From the NCBI GenBank assembly GCA_964188305.1, contig OZ076887.1: 63,842 nucleotides of DNA; one strand, given 5' to 3'. Shown one piece after another: positions 12,208 to 25,347 of the stretch (position 1 is the stretch's first letter; each line of letters begins with the position of its first letter). The DNA comes from Podarcis bocagei (lineage: Eukaryota). The notes beneath the pieces were generated by a model that saw nothing but the letters and a program-made list of their open reading frames with translations, did not search any database and was not told the origin of the DNA. The translations under genes and the position numbers were made by a program.

Positions 12208-13433
12208 GTGGTAAGTAGCATTTTCCGTTTGCAACATCATTTTTTTATTTCTTCTCACTCAGACTCTGCCCGTATCATGTTAATCAAGTGCATGTAAAAC
12301 CATGATCTAATTTTCAAAGCACAGCAAAGCAGATTGTTTGTAACAAGGAAAGCGTGCTAAGGGAAATGTGAAGTTGATTTCACTCTTGCCGCAGGAGACT
12401 CTCTTTCCACTTTGTCTTGATGCTGGGTCACCCAGGGGTCACCCAACACAGAGACATCCCTAGGCAGGCAAATCAGGAGTGCCTTTTTAGAAAGAGTTAA
12501 GTCAGCTGGGAGCTGGGCCACAGTAATCTTATATTCTACATCTCTCCAAAACCAGCCAACTAACTAATTGTATGTGTGCGCTCGCACACACAAACATCTG
12601 TGCGTATTTTTGCATTACCAAAATGCTTTTAACCGAAATATAGTCATTGTGTTTTTGCTATTACCTCAATCAGATTCTAAGCATCCCTCTCATATGTCAT
12701 AGCTAGGCATCATTATAGTCCTGCTTTCTATTCATGGATATGCTGATTTAAGCATTTGGCAAACCTTTCTGAATTTTAATTCCAGTCAATGCACATATTC
12801 CAAATATTTAGAGAAAGCAACTCCTTTATGGCAAATCTTTCTCTCAGCAAAATGAAAGTAATTTAATAGCCCTGTCCTGTATTTGTTGTTCATTCCCTCT
12901 TGTCTCTGCAAATGCTTCGTCTGGTTTTCTAAACAGCTTATCATGTAATAGTAACACATTTCTATTGATCATCAAATTTATAATAGAGCTGAGTAATACT
13001 TTCTGTTATAGCAGGACTAATGCTCATGTCTAATTGGCCACATAGATCCAGCATTTAGTATCCCCGCTGAATAAATTCAAAGACAGCTGTTGTTAAGGTA
13101 CCATTTCCTATAGAAGGTTGTGTGTATGTGTTCATGTATGTATGTGTGTGTGCACACATGGATGTTGTAGGAACTGGACATGGAAGAAGGGGTTAATTTC
13201 CTTCATGAGCACAAACCACCCCATGTATGAGATACGCCAACAGGTTCAAGGTAAGCTAAGCCAGTTCTTACGGAAATGACCCAATGCCATCTATATAAGT
13301 GATTAGGGCACATCAGCTCACTGGGTCTGGGGTCTTGTTTTGTGTGTTAATGAGTCTATCCATGAGTCAGAGTCAGTGTTATGTCTTGAATTGCTGGAGC
13401 AACAGGAATACTTTGTACTTCTATATATCTGTA

Positions 13434-13802
13434 CAGTGGTACCTCAGGTTAAGTACTTAATTCATTCCGGAGGTCCGTACTTAACCTGAAACTGTTCTTA
13501 ACCTGAAGCACCACTTTATCTAATGGGGCCTCCTGCTGCTGCCGTGCCGCCATAGCATGATTTCTGTTCTCATCCTGAAGCAAAGTTACAGATAGGTAGC
13601 CGTGTTGGTCTGCCATAGTCAAAATAAAAAAATTCCTTCCTGTAGCACCTTAAAGACCAACTAAGTTAGTTCTTGGTATAAGCTTTTGTGTGCATGCACA
13701 CTTCTTCAGATATTCTTAACCTGAAGCACTATTTCTGGGTTAACAGAGTCTGTAACCTGAAGCGTATGTAACCTGAAGCGTATGTAACCTGAGGTACCAC
13801 TG
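13434..13802. mobile_element. Tc1/mariner (Tigger-like) MITE carrying a 125-bp insertion
   Basis: TIR CAGTGGTACCTCAGGTTA / TAACCTGAGGTACCACTG with a TA TSD. Collinear with the uninterrupted copy at 50893-51134 except for 13588-13712. Confidence 0.95.
13588..13712 (-). mobile_element. Penelope-like element pLTR fragment with minimal hammerhead ribozyme motif
   Basis: Absent from the two sister MITE copies. Minus strand reads UAU-CUGAAGA-A-GUGUGCAUGCACAC-AAAA-GCU-U-AUA. Internal inverted repeat GTTGGTCT (13604-11) / AGACCAAC (13654-61). Confidence 0.75.
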
Positions 13803-14989
13803 TATCTGCAAAGCCTACAAGGTGTATGCATATATCAACATCTGCAGCTGTATTATTGAAGTCTAATATTCTGCAGCAGTAAATTATTTGGACCTTAAGT
13901 TGCCACTGTGAAGTGACTGGAACTGGGGACAACTTCACTGTGTGGTTATCTCACCTAAGATTGCAAACAATGGACACAAAATACACTAAACTCCAGTAAG
14001 TGGAAATGCCCCTTGCCAAAAATAATTAATGCAAGATTGGTGCAACCCAAGCATCTCATATTATTTACCAAGTTGTTCCACTTATCTCAATGAGGACCCA
14101 AAAGAACCCCCAAAAATGCAATGTTCAAAATTCAGTTTTGTTTTTGTGTTTGTTTTGCAATGAGATGTGTGCGCACAGGCACAAAAGTTCTATGGACATT
14201 GATCAAGTCTCTCTCCTATTCATGTGCAAAGTTCATCATCCCAGTTTACCTGAGTGTGGATTACAGTCTAAAAAGTTTTTCTTGCAAGGCTTTGCTTTAG
14301 CAAGGGTAGTGCTTCAGTGATCCAGAACAATAGTAGCAACAGCCATCCTGTCTTTTGGAATCTTAATGAACAAGGGAGAATGTTCCATCCATGCACAAAG
14401 GGCACAGAAGGATCAATAGGCATCTAGGAAGAGCCCATATTTTCACTTTATACAGCAATTCACCTGGTAGAAACTAGACAAGAGGCAGTTCTAAAACTGA
14501 ACAGGAGGTCTTCCTACATTTTGACCCTCACATACTAGCAAGTCACCTCCTTTATCATCACCAACACCATCATATATTAATTATTTACACCCAACACACC
14601 ATACAAAAATAGAAAGGAAAGGTCTCTGTACACAGGCTCTCAGTCTAAAAAAAGTATATGGCTGGTGCATGTAGTGTAGCTACCTTGCCCATAATGATGG
14701 TACTGGAGGAGTTTTAAAATAAACAAATGAGTCCTGAATCTCATCCAGCAGAACCATCAAACAAGTGACATGCTTAGAGAAGAAGTCACACCCAGCCTCC
14801 ATTTCTGGTTATACGCTGAAAGTCATCATCATGAGTGATAACACTTTGTGGATGTCAGTAGGGACACCACCTGCAGTTCTATTGTGGTTGGAGGTGTGAG
14901 CTGATGGCAGCAGGACACAACTGAGACCCCCTTGGGTACCAGTGCTAGGTGTATCTAGACTGCTCTTGTGGACCTCAGCATGGATCATG

Positions 14990-15120
14990 AGAAACATAGG
15001 AAGCTGCCTTATAGCCTTATACTGAATAAGGCCATTAGTCTTCTTAGCTTAGTATGATCCACGCGATCCAGCAGTGATTCTCCAGGGTGTCAGATAGGGG
15101 TCTCTTCCAGGTCTACCTGT
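14990..15120 (-). mobile_element. tRNA-derived SINE 3' part
   Basis: AACATAGGAAGCTGCCTTATA...CTCCAGGG family tail. Confidence 0.65.
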
Positions 15121-15423
15121 ACAGGTCTACCTGAACTTGGAAACTTCCACATGTGAAAAAGACGTCTGACTGTAGCCTTTTGCCTTCTGTTTATGATGGA
15201 TGTCTGCCACAGTCCCTAGGTTTTCATTTTCAGCAATATTTACTGATGAAAAAAAGATTAACACAAATCCCTGGATGTTTGGGTTGGTGTTTTTTTTTAA
15301 AAAAATAACAAAATCTGTTTGCACAGGTTTTTCTTTTAACTTCTGCTTGGTTGTTTTGCTTGGGGTTCTTGGGTGACTTGGAATAATGTGACAAAATTAA
15401 CTTCTCAGCAGAAGGCAAATTAT

Positions 15424-15482
<59 letters not shown>
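15424..15482. repeat. (TTTC)n microsatellite
   Basis: Directly visible. Confidence 0.98.
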
Positions 15483-16668
15483 CTTGGCTTTGCTTTGAAA
15501 AGATACATTTCCCATTCTTCCCTGTGGCTCCTCAGCAACTCTGCCCCATCCCTAGAACTGCCTGCTTTTCTCTTTGAATGCCTCCTGACCCTCATCTTCA
15601 CACCCGTGCCATTGTTGCAGCTTCCTATGGTGTTTAATAAATAGACTGCCTTCTGACGTTGATACTCATTTGATTCTCACAGCTTCATTCTGAGCACATA
15701 ACTAGTCATTATGTGGCTTGTTATTTATATTCCACATTGGCCAGGTCTAAGACTCAGAAGTATGTCAAATTTCACAGAAAGAACAGAAATGTTCAAATCA
15801 GGCGTGCTCCTGCGCGCGCACACATCTAACTCTCAAAAACCACTGGCTGGTATACCCCCAGTATGCTATTAAATAATAAATTCAAATCTCTCTCAGGCTG
15901 ATGGATTGCTTCCACTCCCCCCAAAATGCACTAAGTTCTTGGGGGTTCTATTTTATATTTTATGGCATCAATTTTAAGTTTACAAGTGTCCCTTGCTGCA
16001 ACAAATATTTCTGTGCTGAGTGCTTCTGTTCAGAGTTCCAGCTAGCCACGCTCACTTCTCAATTACTCCATTTCATCCACCTCCTCCTGTTTTCCCCCTC
16101 CTTTCTTCTCCAACAGCCAGTCAGTTCCAGAGCACAATTGCTCTCATACTGAAGTTGTGGCTCCTTGCAAATTGGGAATAAATATTGTGTGGTGCTTGTA
16201 ATAGTGCCAGTTCTTCAGATCTAACAGGTAATACTGCCCAAGTGCATTTTCATGTGTTAATGGTTCCACAAGCCACCCTCTCTGAACATTTTTGGATTGG
16301 CTCTATTATTGTGAGCCTGAGGTGAGAGCAAACAGGAGTGAATCCCTGAGCAGTAGGAGTCGTGTCTGTGATGGGTATTCTTATGTTGTCTGAGCTGTGC
16401 ATGTCCACCATTATGACTCTCTTGGTTTACGCTATCAGTACAGGTGAAGCAACTTCCAGTAGTTGAAAACTACCAGAAGTGATATGGATTAAATCATACA
16501 GGGGGTTGTTGGCTGCTCTGTGGCCCTGTGTGCAAACAGTTGGGAAGAGAAAGCAGAGGACGATGTATCTGGTGTGGAAGGAATGTGGACAGCAGGCCTA
16601 TGAGAAGTCTGCTTCCCTTTCTTGCTGCCAAAAGGTACACTGTAAAAGAGTGAAGTGTGGACATAGGG

Positions 16669-16983
16669 GCACAGGAAACTCCCTTATACTGTGTCAGACC
16701 AATGGTCCATCCAGCTCAGTATTGTCTATCCCAGAGTTCTTCAACCTTGGGTCTACAAGGTTGTTGGACTACAATTCCCATCATCCCTGGTCACCTTAGA
16801 TAATTGTTAGGGATGCTGGGAATTGTAGTCCAACAACAAATGGGTATCCAAGTTGAAGAACTCTATACTGACTGGCAGTGGCTCTCCAGGATTTCAGACA
16901 GGAGTGTTTCCCAGCCCTACCTAGAGAATTGAACTTGGGACCTTCTGCATGCAAAATATGCTCTACCACTGAACCATGGCCCT
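16669..16983 (-). mobile_element. tRNA-derived SINE interrupted by a hAT-type MITE (16732-16864)
   Basis: SINE sequence AGTATTGTCTA|...|ATACTGACTGGCAG is split by an element with TIR AGAGTTCTTCAAC / GTTGAAGAACTCT. The tRNA head ...GCTCTACCACTGAACCATGGCCC is at the right end. Confidence 0.8.
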
Positions 16984-17326
16984 TCTCTGTGGGAGGGGTA
17001 AGTTTACCTCTCTGTTCTGAAGTCTATTCTTCAAGGGACTAAGATGCCTGTTGGACTGTTGTGCTGATGGCACAAACAAAGATTTTGAGATACATTACAG
17101 ATGGGGAAAATGTTTTTAAATGAATGAATGAATGAATGAATGAATGATATAGATAGAATCATAGATGATGCCAGGCCAAATAATACAGCATCTTCTTTGC
17201 ATGTGTTTTAGTGGCTTCTGCAATGAAAGAAGGACTTAAGTGTAGTTAACTGAAATTGTACAAAGCTTCTCTGTTTTCATAAATAATATATCTGATCTTT
17301 TTGTTGATGGTGGTATACGTATAGAC

Positions 17327-17456
17327 CAGGCTTCCTCAACCTCGGCCCTCCAAATGTTTTGAGACTACAATTCCCATCATCCCTGACCACTAGTCCTGCT
17401 AGCTAGGGATCATGGGAGTTGTAGGCCAAAAACATCTGGAGGGCTGAGGAAGCCTG
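17327..17456. mobile_element. hAT MITE, 130 bp
   Basis: 12-bp TIR CAGGCTTCCTCA / TGAGGAAGCCTG and a perfect 8-bp TSD GTATAGAC (17319-26, 17457-64). Confidence 0.93.
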
Positions 17457-20400
17457 GTATAGACTGTATGCATTTTCATTGTAGTTGAAGATCAGTGTCA
17501 TGATTTATTGGTTTTTCTATCACAGTGAAAATGTTCTAATGCAGCCCAAAATATTTGGAGGATTTTACTGTCTGGAAAAGCCTCTCACATTACCAACACA
17601 CAAATCATAGTTGACTGTTGTAGAGTAGATTGCCAAATGCTAGAGGCTAAGCAGAAAAGACTGTGCATGATTGAATATTGGATAGGGGGCATCTGGGTGT
17701 GGTAGCAGGAAGAGAGCGCCTTCAGTTGTATGCGCCAGCAGCTTCTGGTGATGTGTGTGTGCAATGATTCAGCAATACACAAAAGAAGAGACTCTAAATA
17801 ACCCTAAATCCTGTTTCCCACAGTGGCCAAAACAGATGCCTTCAGGAAGCCCACAAGCAGACATGAACACACAAGTCCTCCCTGATGGTTGCTTCCCAGC
17901 AACTTGTTCTCAGAGGAAAGCAGCTTCTAGCCATTGTAACAAGCCCCCAGAGGGCTATCATATGTAGCTGGTGGGATACGATCTTGCTGAAGGCAAAGTC
18001 CTGTGTATGTGTGAGTGCATGTTCCTTCTTTTGTGCATATAGGCAAGAACAGAAGGAAGATTTCTTTCCTAACTCATATAGTTAATCAGTTTATGCCCTG
18101 AAGGCCGAGATTCAATTAACTGCCTTATTTGTAGCTATGCAAGCTAAAAACATTATTAGCTATCATAAAATGATGGAGCCATAGTACTTGACCCTTTAGC
18201 CCCGAGTAATATTATGCATAAGAATACATTTATCTGTGGAAATTAGTTTAGTGTGGCGCCATGACCAGGAACATTTTTTTAAAAAAGAAAAGATTTAACA
18301 CAAAGAAATAAATGAAATTGTGACTGCCGACACTAGTGTTGTAGGCCCTTCTAAATCATAAAACTTCAATAAAGCAGGAGTCGGGGTATTTGAGCTGCTA
18401 AGTTATGAAGACCCCAGCACCCTCATATCAGCGTCCCAAATTGGATGGGGAAATGAGGGCCAAGTAGTCAGTTATGAAGCAAGGGTCTCCTTGTTTTGAA
18501 TATATATTATGTGTCAAATATGGTAATTTATTTCTTAGTGGAAGGCTCAAAATGTTGACCTGATACTCTGGCCTCACAGGCCACACCCCCAACAGCTGCC
18601 ACTGGTGAAAGTGCTTCAGAGATTCCTTTCTCACAAGGAGACCCCTGACTCATGATGAACCCTCTGTTACTGAGTTGCATGATGACTCCCTAGGAGGGAG
18701 GAGGTCAACTCCCAGTAGACCTTATTTCTCTAGCTAATGGCAAAGGCCAGAGTGTCCTTTGCCTTTATTTTTGCAGTTCCAAAGCAACTACCAGTTGAAG
18801 CAGAGGTGTTTCCCCCCCCTATGTAGGAATGGACTTGATGTACAGTATGTTTTGTGTGAAGCTGCAGCAGGGATTCTCTGGGCTTGTACATTAGACAGTT
18901 TGCTGGGCATCGTTAGGGCAGCCACTGCAAAACACCTTTGAGCACCATGTGTATAAACTGATGGCATTGAACAATATTTTACAGATTGGATGGTAACCAT
19001 TGCCCCCCCCCCAAAAAAAATAGGTGCCAGTACTCATCACAAAGTTGTTACAGTAAGCGCCACACTGCTTAACAACAACAACAAGAAGAAGAGGTTCAGG
19101 TACTGTGTACCTCCTGAAAGAAAAACACCGGGTGTGTAAAAGCAGCACACCCAGCCACCCACCTGAAATTTTCTTAGAGAATCTGTTTTCTCAGAATAGT
19201 GAATGTGATCATTTCATCAAATCATACAGAAGGCCTGGTTCTTTAGCTAAAGCAAGTACCCATCCATCTGAAACTCACACCTGTCCTATTAAACAAACCC
19301 CCACTTTATGTGAAATGGTACTTTGTACTTTGCAGTCTACTGAATCATTGTGGGGCTTTTGATCCACTGTGCCTATGTAAATACGCCCTCGCTTCATGCA
19401 AGCATCGCTGTATTTGCACAAGTATTAGCAGCAGCAGTTATTAATCTACTGGCCTTTCTTGAGCTTATGGAGAACTGAAGAAATGCCTCCCACCAGCTTG
19501 GAAACATCCCTACTTTTTCATATTGCTGACACATATTAGTATCTGTCTAATTGCAAAAGTCAAAACCAAACAGGAACTTTTGTATTTTATTTGCTTGATC
19601 TGATTAAATTCCGATTTTGGAATGGTTCTGGTTCTGTTTCCACCACCGGTGGAAGACAAGAGCGAGTTCATTCATGCAGGTCTAAATGTTTGATTACTTC
19701 AGGGTTCTCCAGCCACAATGTGCTATTTCTGTCACTTTTTATGAAGATACTGATTAGCATTATAGAAACAACGCACATGTCCTCTAGGAACGTGCCCATA
19801 ATCAGCACTGTCATTGCTGATCACATTAGAACTCAGTGCTCACAGTCCAGGGCACTCTCAGCATCTGGATTCCTCATCAGAGGCAGAGTAATTTGCAATT
19901 AGTCTCTGAACATTCCAGGTGAGAAGGCCAACCCTCGAGGGCTGTTTCTCCCAGAGAGAGAAAAGTTATTCAGCAAATTAGTCCAATACATTGATTTTTT
20001 TTCCTTTCCAAAGAAGTGTTAGAGACAAAATAAATGTCTTTCATTTCACCTGTGTGGGATGGCCATTAGAACTCTAGATAAAAACAATATTAATAAAAGG
20101 AGACAGTTATTACCAGTGCAGCTGCCAAAAGCAAGGAGGGGTAAACTCAATTCTGGCATAGTTCTTAAGAGGACACTTCCTCCGGGAGATCCCTGCATAG
20201 AAATAAGTAGAAATCTACGCACAGCTACAAGCAGGGATGTAGAAACGTGCCTTGTATTCTTCTGACATTCATTTGCCCTTTCACCTGGTATTTTCTGTTC
20301 CGCTGAAATTGCTTTATTTTACAGGAGTCTTTCTTCTTTTTCTTGTTCTCTGACCCATTTTGATGCATATATAATGTGTATCATAGAGCACAATGGCCAT

Positions 20401-20566
20401 GCATATTTTAGCCATCAATAGATATTTACAAATTAATTACCTTCCCTGTGTGTTCCCTTTCAAAGTTAATGAATTTCTAGAGGGGTAGCTCTCTTAGTCC
20501 TTTGAAGCAAAAAAGAACAAAGGGTCTTAAAGAGAAAGTTAATAACCCCTCACAAATCCATCTCTG

Positions 20567-20660
20567 GCTGCAATTCTAATCATATCTACCGTACTCAGAT
20601 ACACATCCCACTGAATTCAATTGGGCTTACTCCTAGGTAAGCGGGGTGTGGGCTGCAGCC
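20567..20660. mobile_element. Short palindromic MITE (Harbinger-like)
   Basis: GGCTGCA...TGCAGCC termini with a central CCCACTGAATTCAATTGGG hairpin. Same family as 21347-21442. Confidence 0.6.
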
Positions 20661-21346
20661 CATCTTGCTGCCTAGATTTCACAGTTCAGTATAAATTTGT
20701 CATCCTGGCTCATTTTCCTCACTCATGGATTAGGGAGGTTAGTTTAGCATTCTTCTTCCCTTTTTTGCTCTTTTTGTCCTGGATTATCTGAGTTACTCCT
20801 TCACTCCGTGTAATTCCAGGTAACCACATGTAAGTCCTTTTATTGTGACATTTTATTTCATAAATGTTTATTTTAATCAGAAAATGGTGCCTGTCGATGA
20901 TTTGTGTGTCTGATTTTGTATGTCTGATTTATTTATTATTTATCAGACGTTTATCTGTCCGATTTATGTTTTCATGAACATATTTAAGTGAAGCCTAATA
21001 ATTTAATTTCTAAATTTATCATTTGATTCTCTAGTTCGTGATTTTTAAAAATGCACCTGGCAATACTTTGACCTCCACATTTTGCATCATGTCTACCTGC
21101 ACTACTCCACTGACTGTGTATTGCACTGCTTCATTATGCCATTTTAAAACAAAGTTTTTGAAACAAAGATTTAGGGGGTGGATAAATGGTAAAAATGAGT
21201 CGTCAAATCCAGTTTAACTGATAACTTTAACTGAGGAGCACAGATAAAAGAACTATGGCTAATAAAAGAGGCAACTTCTTTCCATGAGAAAAGAATAACG
21301 AACAATGTATAGCTCTTGTTTTTAAAATTAACAGTAGGAATTGGAT

Positions 21347-21442
21347 TAAGGCTACAATCCTAAAACCATTTACCTTGGAGTAAGAACCACTGACTCCAGT
21401 GGGGTTTACTTCTGAGTAGAGATGCATAGGATTGCAGCCTTA
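21347..21442. mobile_element. Short palindromic MITE (Harbinger-like)
   Basis: 15/16 inverted repeat TAAGGCTACAATCCTA / TAGGATTGCAGCCTTA, with TAA/TTA at the ends. Confidence 0.7.
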
Positions 21443-22231
21443 GAGCATAGATGCTGTCTTTGTCAATGAATAACCAATTCAGAGAAGCAACAACAATGGA
21501 CAGCAGCATTTATACACCTATGAATATGTAAATTGCAAGCAATTATGATTCTATTTATGTATGGTGCCTGCATATTAAAAACAATGTTTTTGGAGAGAAC
21601 GAAAGTGAAAAATATGGATAGCAAGTGTCTGTTCCATGATGGATTTAAAACAGGCAGATGGAAGGAAATCTGCTTGATGGTCCATTTTCAACAGATTCCT
21701 TTGACATCCTTTGTGAAAAGTGAATGTTGGCCTTTTGCATTTAGCTCCTCATTGTCAAGCAAAGTAAAATATGCAGCTTGTTTAAAAATATATTCATGCT
21801 AGAGAAATTTCAAGACTGGCATCCAAGGCTACAGTCTTATAGTTAGGAGTAAGCCCCACTGAACTCACCTTCTATTACTTCTTGTATTACTATTGTATAC
21901 AATATGCATACTGAGCCCTTTGGCACATAAGATTCTCAGTGTTGGCAGAGATGCCTCCATCTTGAAATGAATAGTCAGACCTTGTAAGTGAGAAGATTTT
22001 GTCGATATCAGAGTGCCTTTGCTCACAGAATCAGGACCTCACGTGACTGGAGCAAGGGGTAAATAAGATAAGATAAAATAAAATAAAATAAAACGAGGGG
22101 GAGATCCAAAAGCTTTCAGCATTTCTGACTTGGAATTTCAAGCTTACCTCTGTGATAATGTCTTTTAAATATGGTCTGATACAGCTCATAACAATCTTAG
22201 AAGAACATTTCTGGTATTGTGTGAACACAAT

Positions 22232-22720
22232 ACCAGACCGGTGTTATATGGTCTTGGTGGCCGCTCCCAGTCACCAGTCTAGCTGCCGCATTCTGGATTA
22301 GTTGTAGTTTCCGGGTCACCTTCAAAGGTGACATAGAGTGCATTGCAGTAGTCCAAGCGGGAGATAACGAGAGCATGCACCACTCTGGCAAGACAGTCTG
22401 CGGGCAGGTAGGGTCTCAGCCTGTGTACCAGATGGAGCTGATAAACAGCTGCCCTGGACACAGAACTGACCTGCGCCTCCATGGACAGCTGTGAGTCCAA
22501 AATGTCTCCCAGGCTGCGCACCTGGTCCTTCAGGGGCACAGTTACCCCATTCAGGACCAAGGAGTCCTCCACACCCGCCTGCCTCCTGTCCCCCCCCAAA
22601 ACAGTACTTCTGTCTTGTCAGGATTCACCCTCAATCTGTTAACCACCATCCATCCTCCAACCACTCACACAGGACCTTCACCGCCTTCACTGGTTCAGAT
22701 TTGAAAGAGAGGTGGAGCTT
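22232..22720 (-). mobile_element. L2 LINE ORF2 internal fragment
   Basis: Translates PLKDQVRSLGDILDSQLSMEAQV...VVHALVISRLDYCNALY, then after a frameshift KLQLIQNAAARLV...DHITP. These are diagnostic L2-clade motifs. Confidence 0.93.
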
Positions 22721-23971
22721 TTCTTCAAATCCCTGAAGAAAAGTCCTGTGGAAGTGGTGCAATAACTAGATACAGGGTTGGATGCAGAGAAGAGTGAGCA
22801 GAACTCTGCTTCCACAATGGGACTTTCCTGGCTCCTCCCAAAAGCTGCTTTTGAGGGTTAATGGGCCCCTTGGAACAGCATGGGAAGGGATGTGGGGAAC
22901 TGCAGCAGGACAGGGGAAAGTAGAATTTGGATGGAGTGCCTTGTGCAAGAGGAAGCGCCTTCTTGCTCATGCAAGACAGCTTTGGATCCATGCCACAGCA
23001 TGAGCTGTGAATGTGAACAACTGCGGTTTTGTATGTACAAATAAATTACTAATGGGAGAATTAGGTTTCCTTGTTGATTAGCATCCCTCCTCCAGCTATA
23101 GATCACACATCTCCCCTGCACATCTTTCTTCAAGAAGCAAACACATTCACCTCTCCCTTGTCCCTGCTACTGCAAGGCATTCCTCGCTATGAGCAAGCTT
23201 CTCTCTTTGTTGGCCATATTCCTCTTGCAGGATCAGAGTTAGATGTGCTAAGGGGAAAGTTTGCTGTTGCCTTGCGGGTGGGGGAGAAGCAATAATGATG
23301 ATTGTCTGTACCAAACCTGAGCATGAAAGTGAGAAATTGTGATTGCTGCAGTGGAAGGCCTGGTTTATTAACTTTCTTCTGGCTGCCCAGAAAGGGTGCC
23401 AGAGGGCAAGGGAAGTATACCGTATCAGTGTTTCTCTCAAGGCGCCTCACTTGCCTGAATCTGGGATTTATTCACAACAGGAGAAGCAAGGCAGCAAATA
23501 AGCCCATTCAGCTCAAGAATCTTATCCAGCAGAAGGGAGCTAGTAGATAAGGGAGCCCGCTGTCCAGTCCAATAAGAAGATAATGATAGCTAAGAAGACT
23601 TAGCTGGCTAAAAGTGAGCACTTAGCGCCAGGATCGCTTACGGATGTGCCATGATCTTTTTCTTGGTCTTGGAAAACAAAACACAACAAGCCAAAGTAGA
23701 CCATGGGGGTTTCTTCTGCTGGTGGGCTGGGCTCTTTTCTCTTTCTGTTACACTAATTAAAAAGCAACAGAGCACAGCAGCTGTGAAGGTGTCAAAACTA
23801 AGCTAGCCCTCTATTGTAAGATTGTAACAAGAATGCACCCGGCATGTATCTGGCAGAAGTTTTTGTACTCAACAGATTAGCCAAATGACTCCACTTGGCA
23901 AGCTGTGCTACAGGGGAAAGGAATCTGTGTCCTCTCCTCTCCTGTTCTGATGTCCATTTACCAAGATAGGC

Positions 23972-24192
23972 AGTAGCATGGTGCAGTGGTCAGGATGTTA
24001 GAGCAGGACTTAGAGAACCAGGGTTCAAATCTCAGTGGGCCAGTGTGACTCTTGGGCCAGTCACAGCCCTGAATCTGAACCTTCTTCAGAGGGTTGGGGG
24101 GGGGGTGCTAAAATGGAGAGGGGGAGAAACATGCACGCCACCTTGAGTTCCTTGGAGGAAAGGCAGAATGTGAATGTAAAAGGAAATAAATA
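23972..24192 (+). mobile_element. Squam3-type SINE, older copy
   Basis: AGCATGGTGCAGTGGT head, GGTTCAAATC B-box, CTTGGGCCAGTCAC core and AAATAAATA tail. Confidence 0.7.
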
Positions 24193-24428
24193 GGCAGCCT
24201 CATCATAATGTGCATATGTTCACTTGCTCAGCTAGTTATCTCAGTGGCTACTTTCAGTGCACATTGGACTACTTATGATGTTAGCCGCTCTGAGACCAGC
24301 CTTGGCTGGGGAGGGCAGGATACAAATAAAAATTTATTATTATTACTTACTTTTAAGTATTCAAAAAATGTGGGGCCACCACCCAAAAACCCTAGCCTTG
24401 GTATCTTGTATCAAGAGGCCTGGGAGCA

Positions 24429-24706
24429 GGAGGAAGACGAAGACGAAGAAGAAGAAGAAGAAGAAGAAGAAGAAGAGTTTGGATTTGATATCCCGCTTTA
24501 TCGCTACCCTAAGGAGTCTCAAAGTGGCTAACATTCTCCTTTCCCTTCCTCCCCCACAACAAACACTCTGTGAGGTGAGTGGGGCTGAGAGACTTCAGAA
24601 AACTGTGACTAGCCCAAGGTCACCCAGCAGCTGCATGTGGAGGAGCGGAGACGCGAACCCGGTTCCCCAGATTATGAATCTACCGCTCTTAACCACTACA
24701 CCACAC
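24429..24706 (-). mobile_element. Squam3-type SINE, young copy with (TTC)n tail
   Basis: Near-identical in reverse to 30535-30678, with a tRNA A/B box head. The (GAA)n run at 24429-24476 is its tail. Confidence 0.9.
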
Positions 24707-25347
24707 GGGCACTGCAGTAGCTAATTGTAAATGCCGAGCAGATTCATTTAGGTACAGATGGTCTTTTGGATAATCTAATCTCAAACTGTTTTGATGCTTG
24801 AAGGCCCAAACCAGCCCTGTAAATTGGGCAAGGGAACAAGCAGCCAGCCAGTATAATCAGTGCAGAATTGGTGTGATATGTTCTGAATGTTTGACCCAGT
24901 GCTTTTGCTACCACATTTTCCCACCAGTTAGAATCTCTGGACTGGCATTAGAGACAGGGGAGGATTCCAGTTTGCTCCACAATCTGGACTGAACCTGTTT
25001 GGTTTGCATCCCACACACCATGCTTGGATCAGAATATGGACTAGATTGCTTGCCTATGAACTTTTCCAAGCACGGTTTAGATTTCTGCCTTTTTACCTCA
25101 CACCTGGAGTGAAGACTCAGCACTTTAGCATTCAGTTAAAGGTAATATCTATTAAAATGTGAAAAAGAAGAACTAGGAAAGAGTGACACATCACCATGTG
25201 CTGCTGTTGCTTCCAGGAGCCTTGTACTCAGACCTTTTGAATAAGCATGGTAAGTCCTGTGCTTTCCAGCTGCTGCATGTGACTAGAAGCAGCTTAAGAA
25301 CAAGGACAGAAAGACAGAATGATGAAAGCCCTCGGATCACATCTGAG

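Noticed and set aside
24208-24724. Poly-Glu / poly-Lys ORFs
   Set aside because: These are translations of the (GAA)n tail of a SINE.
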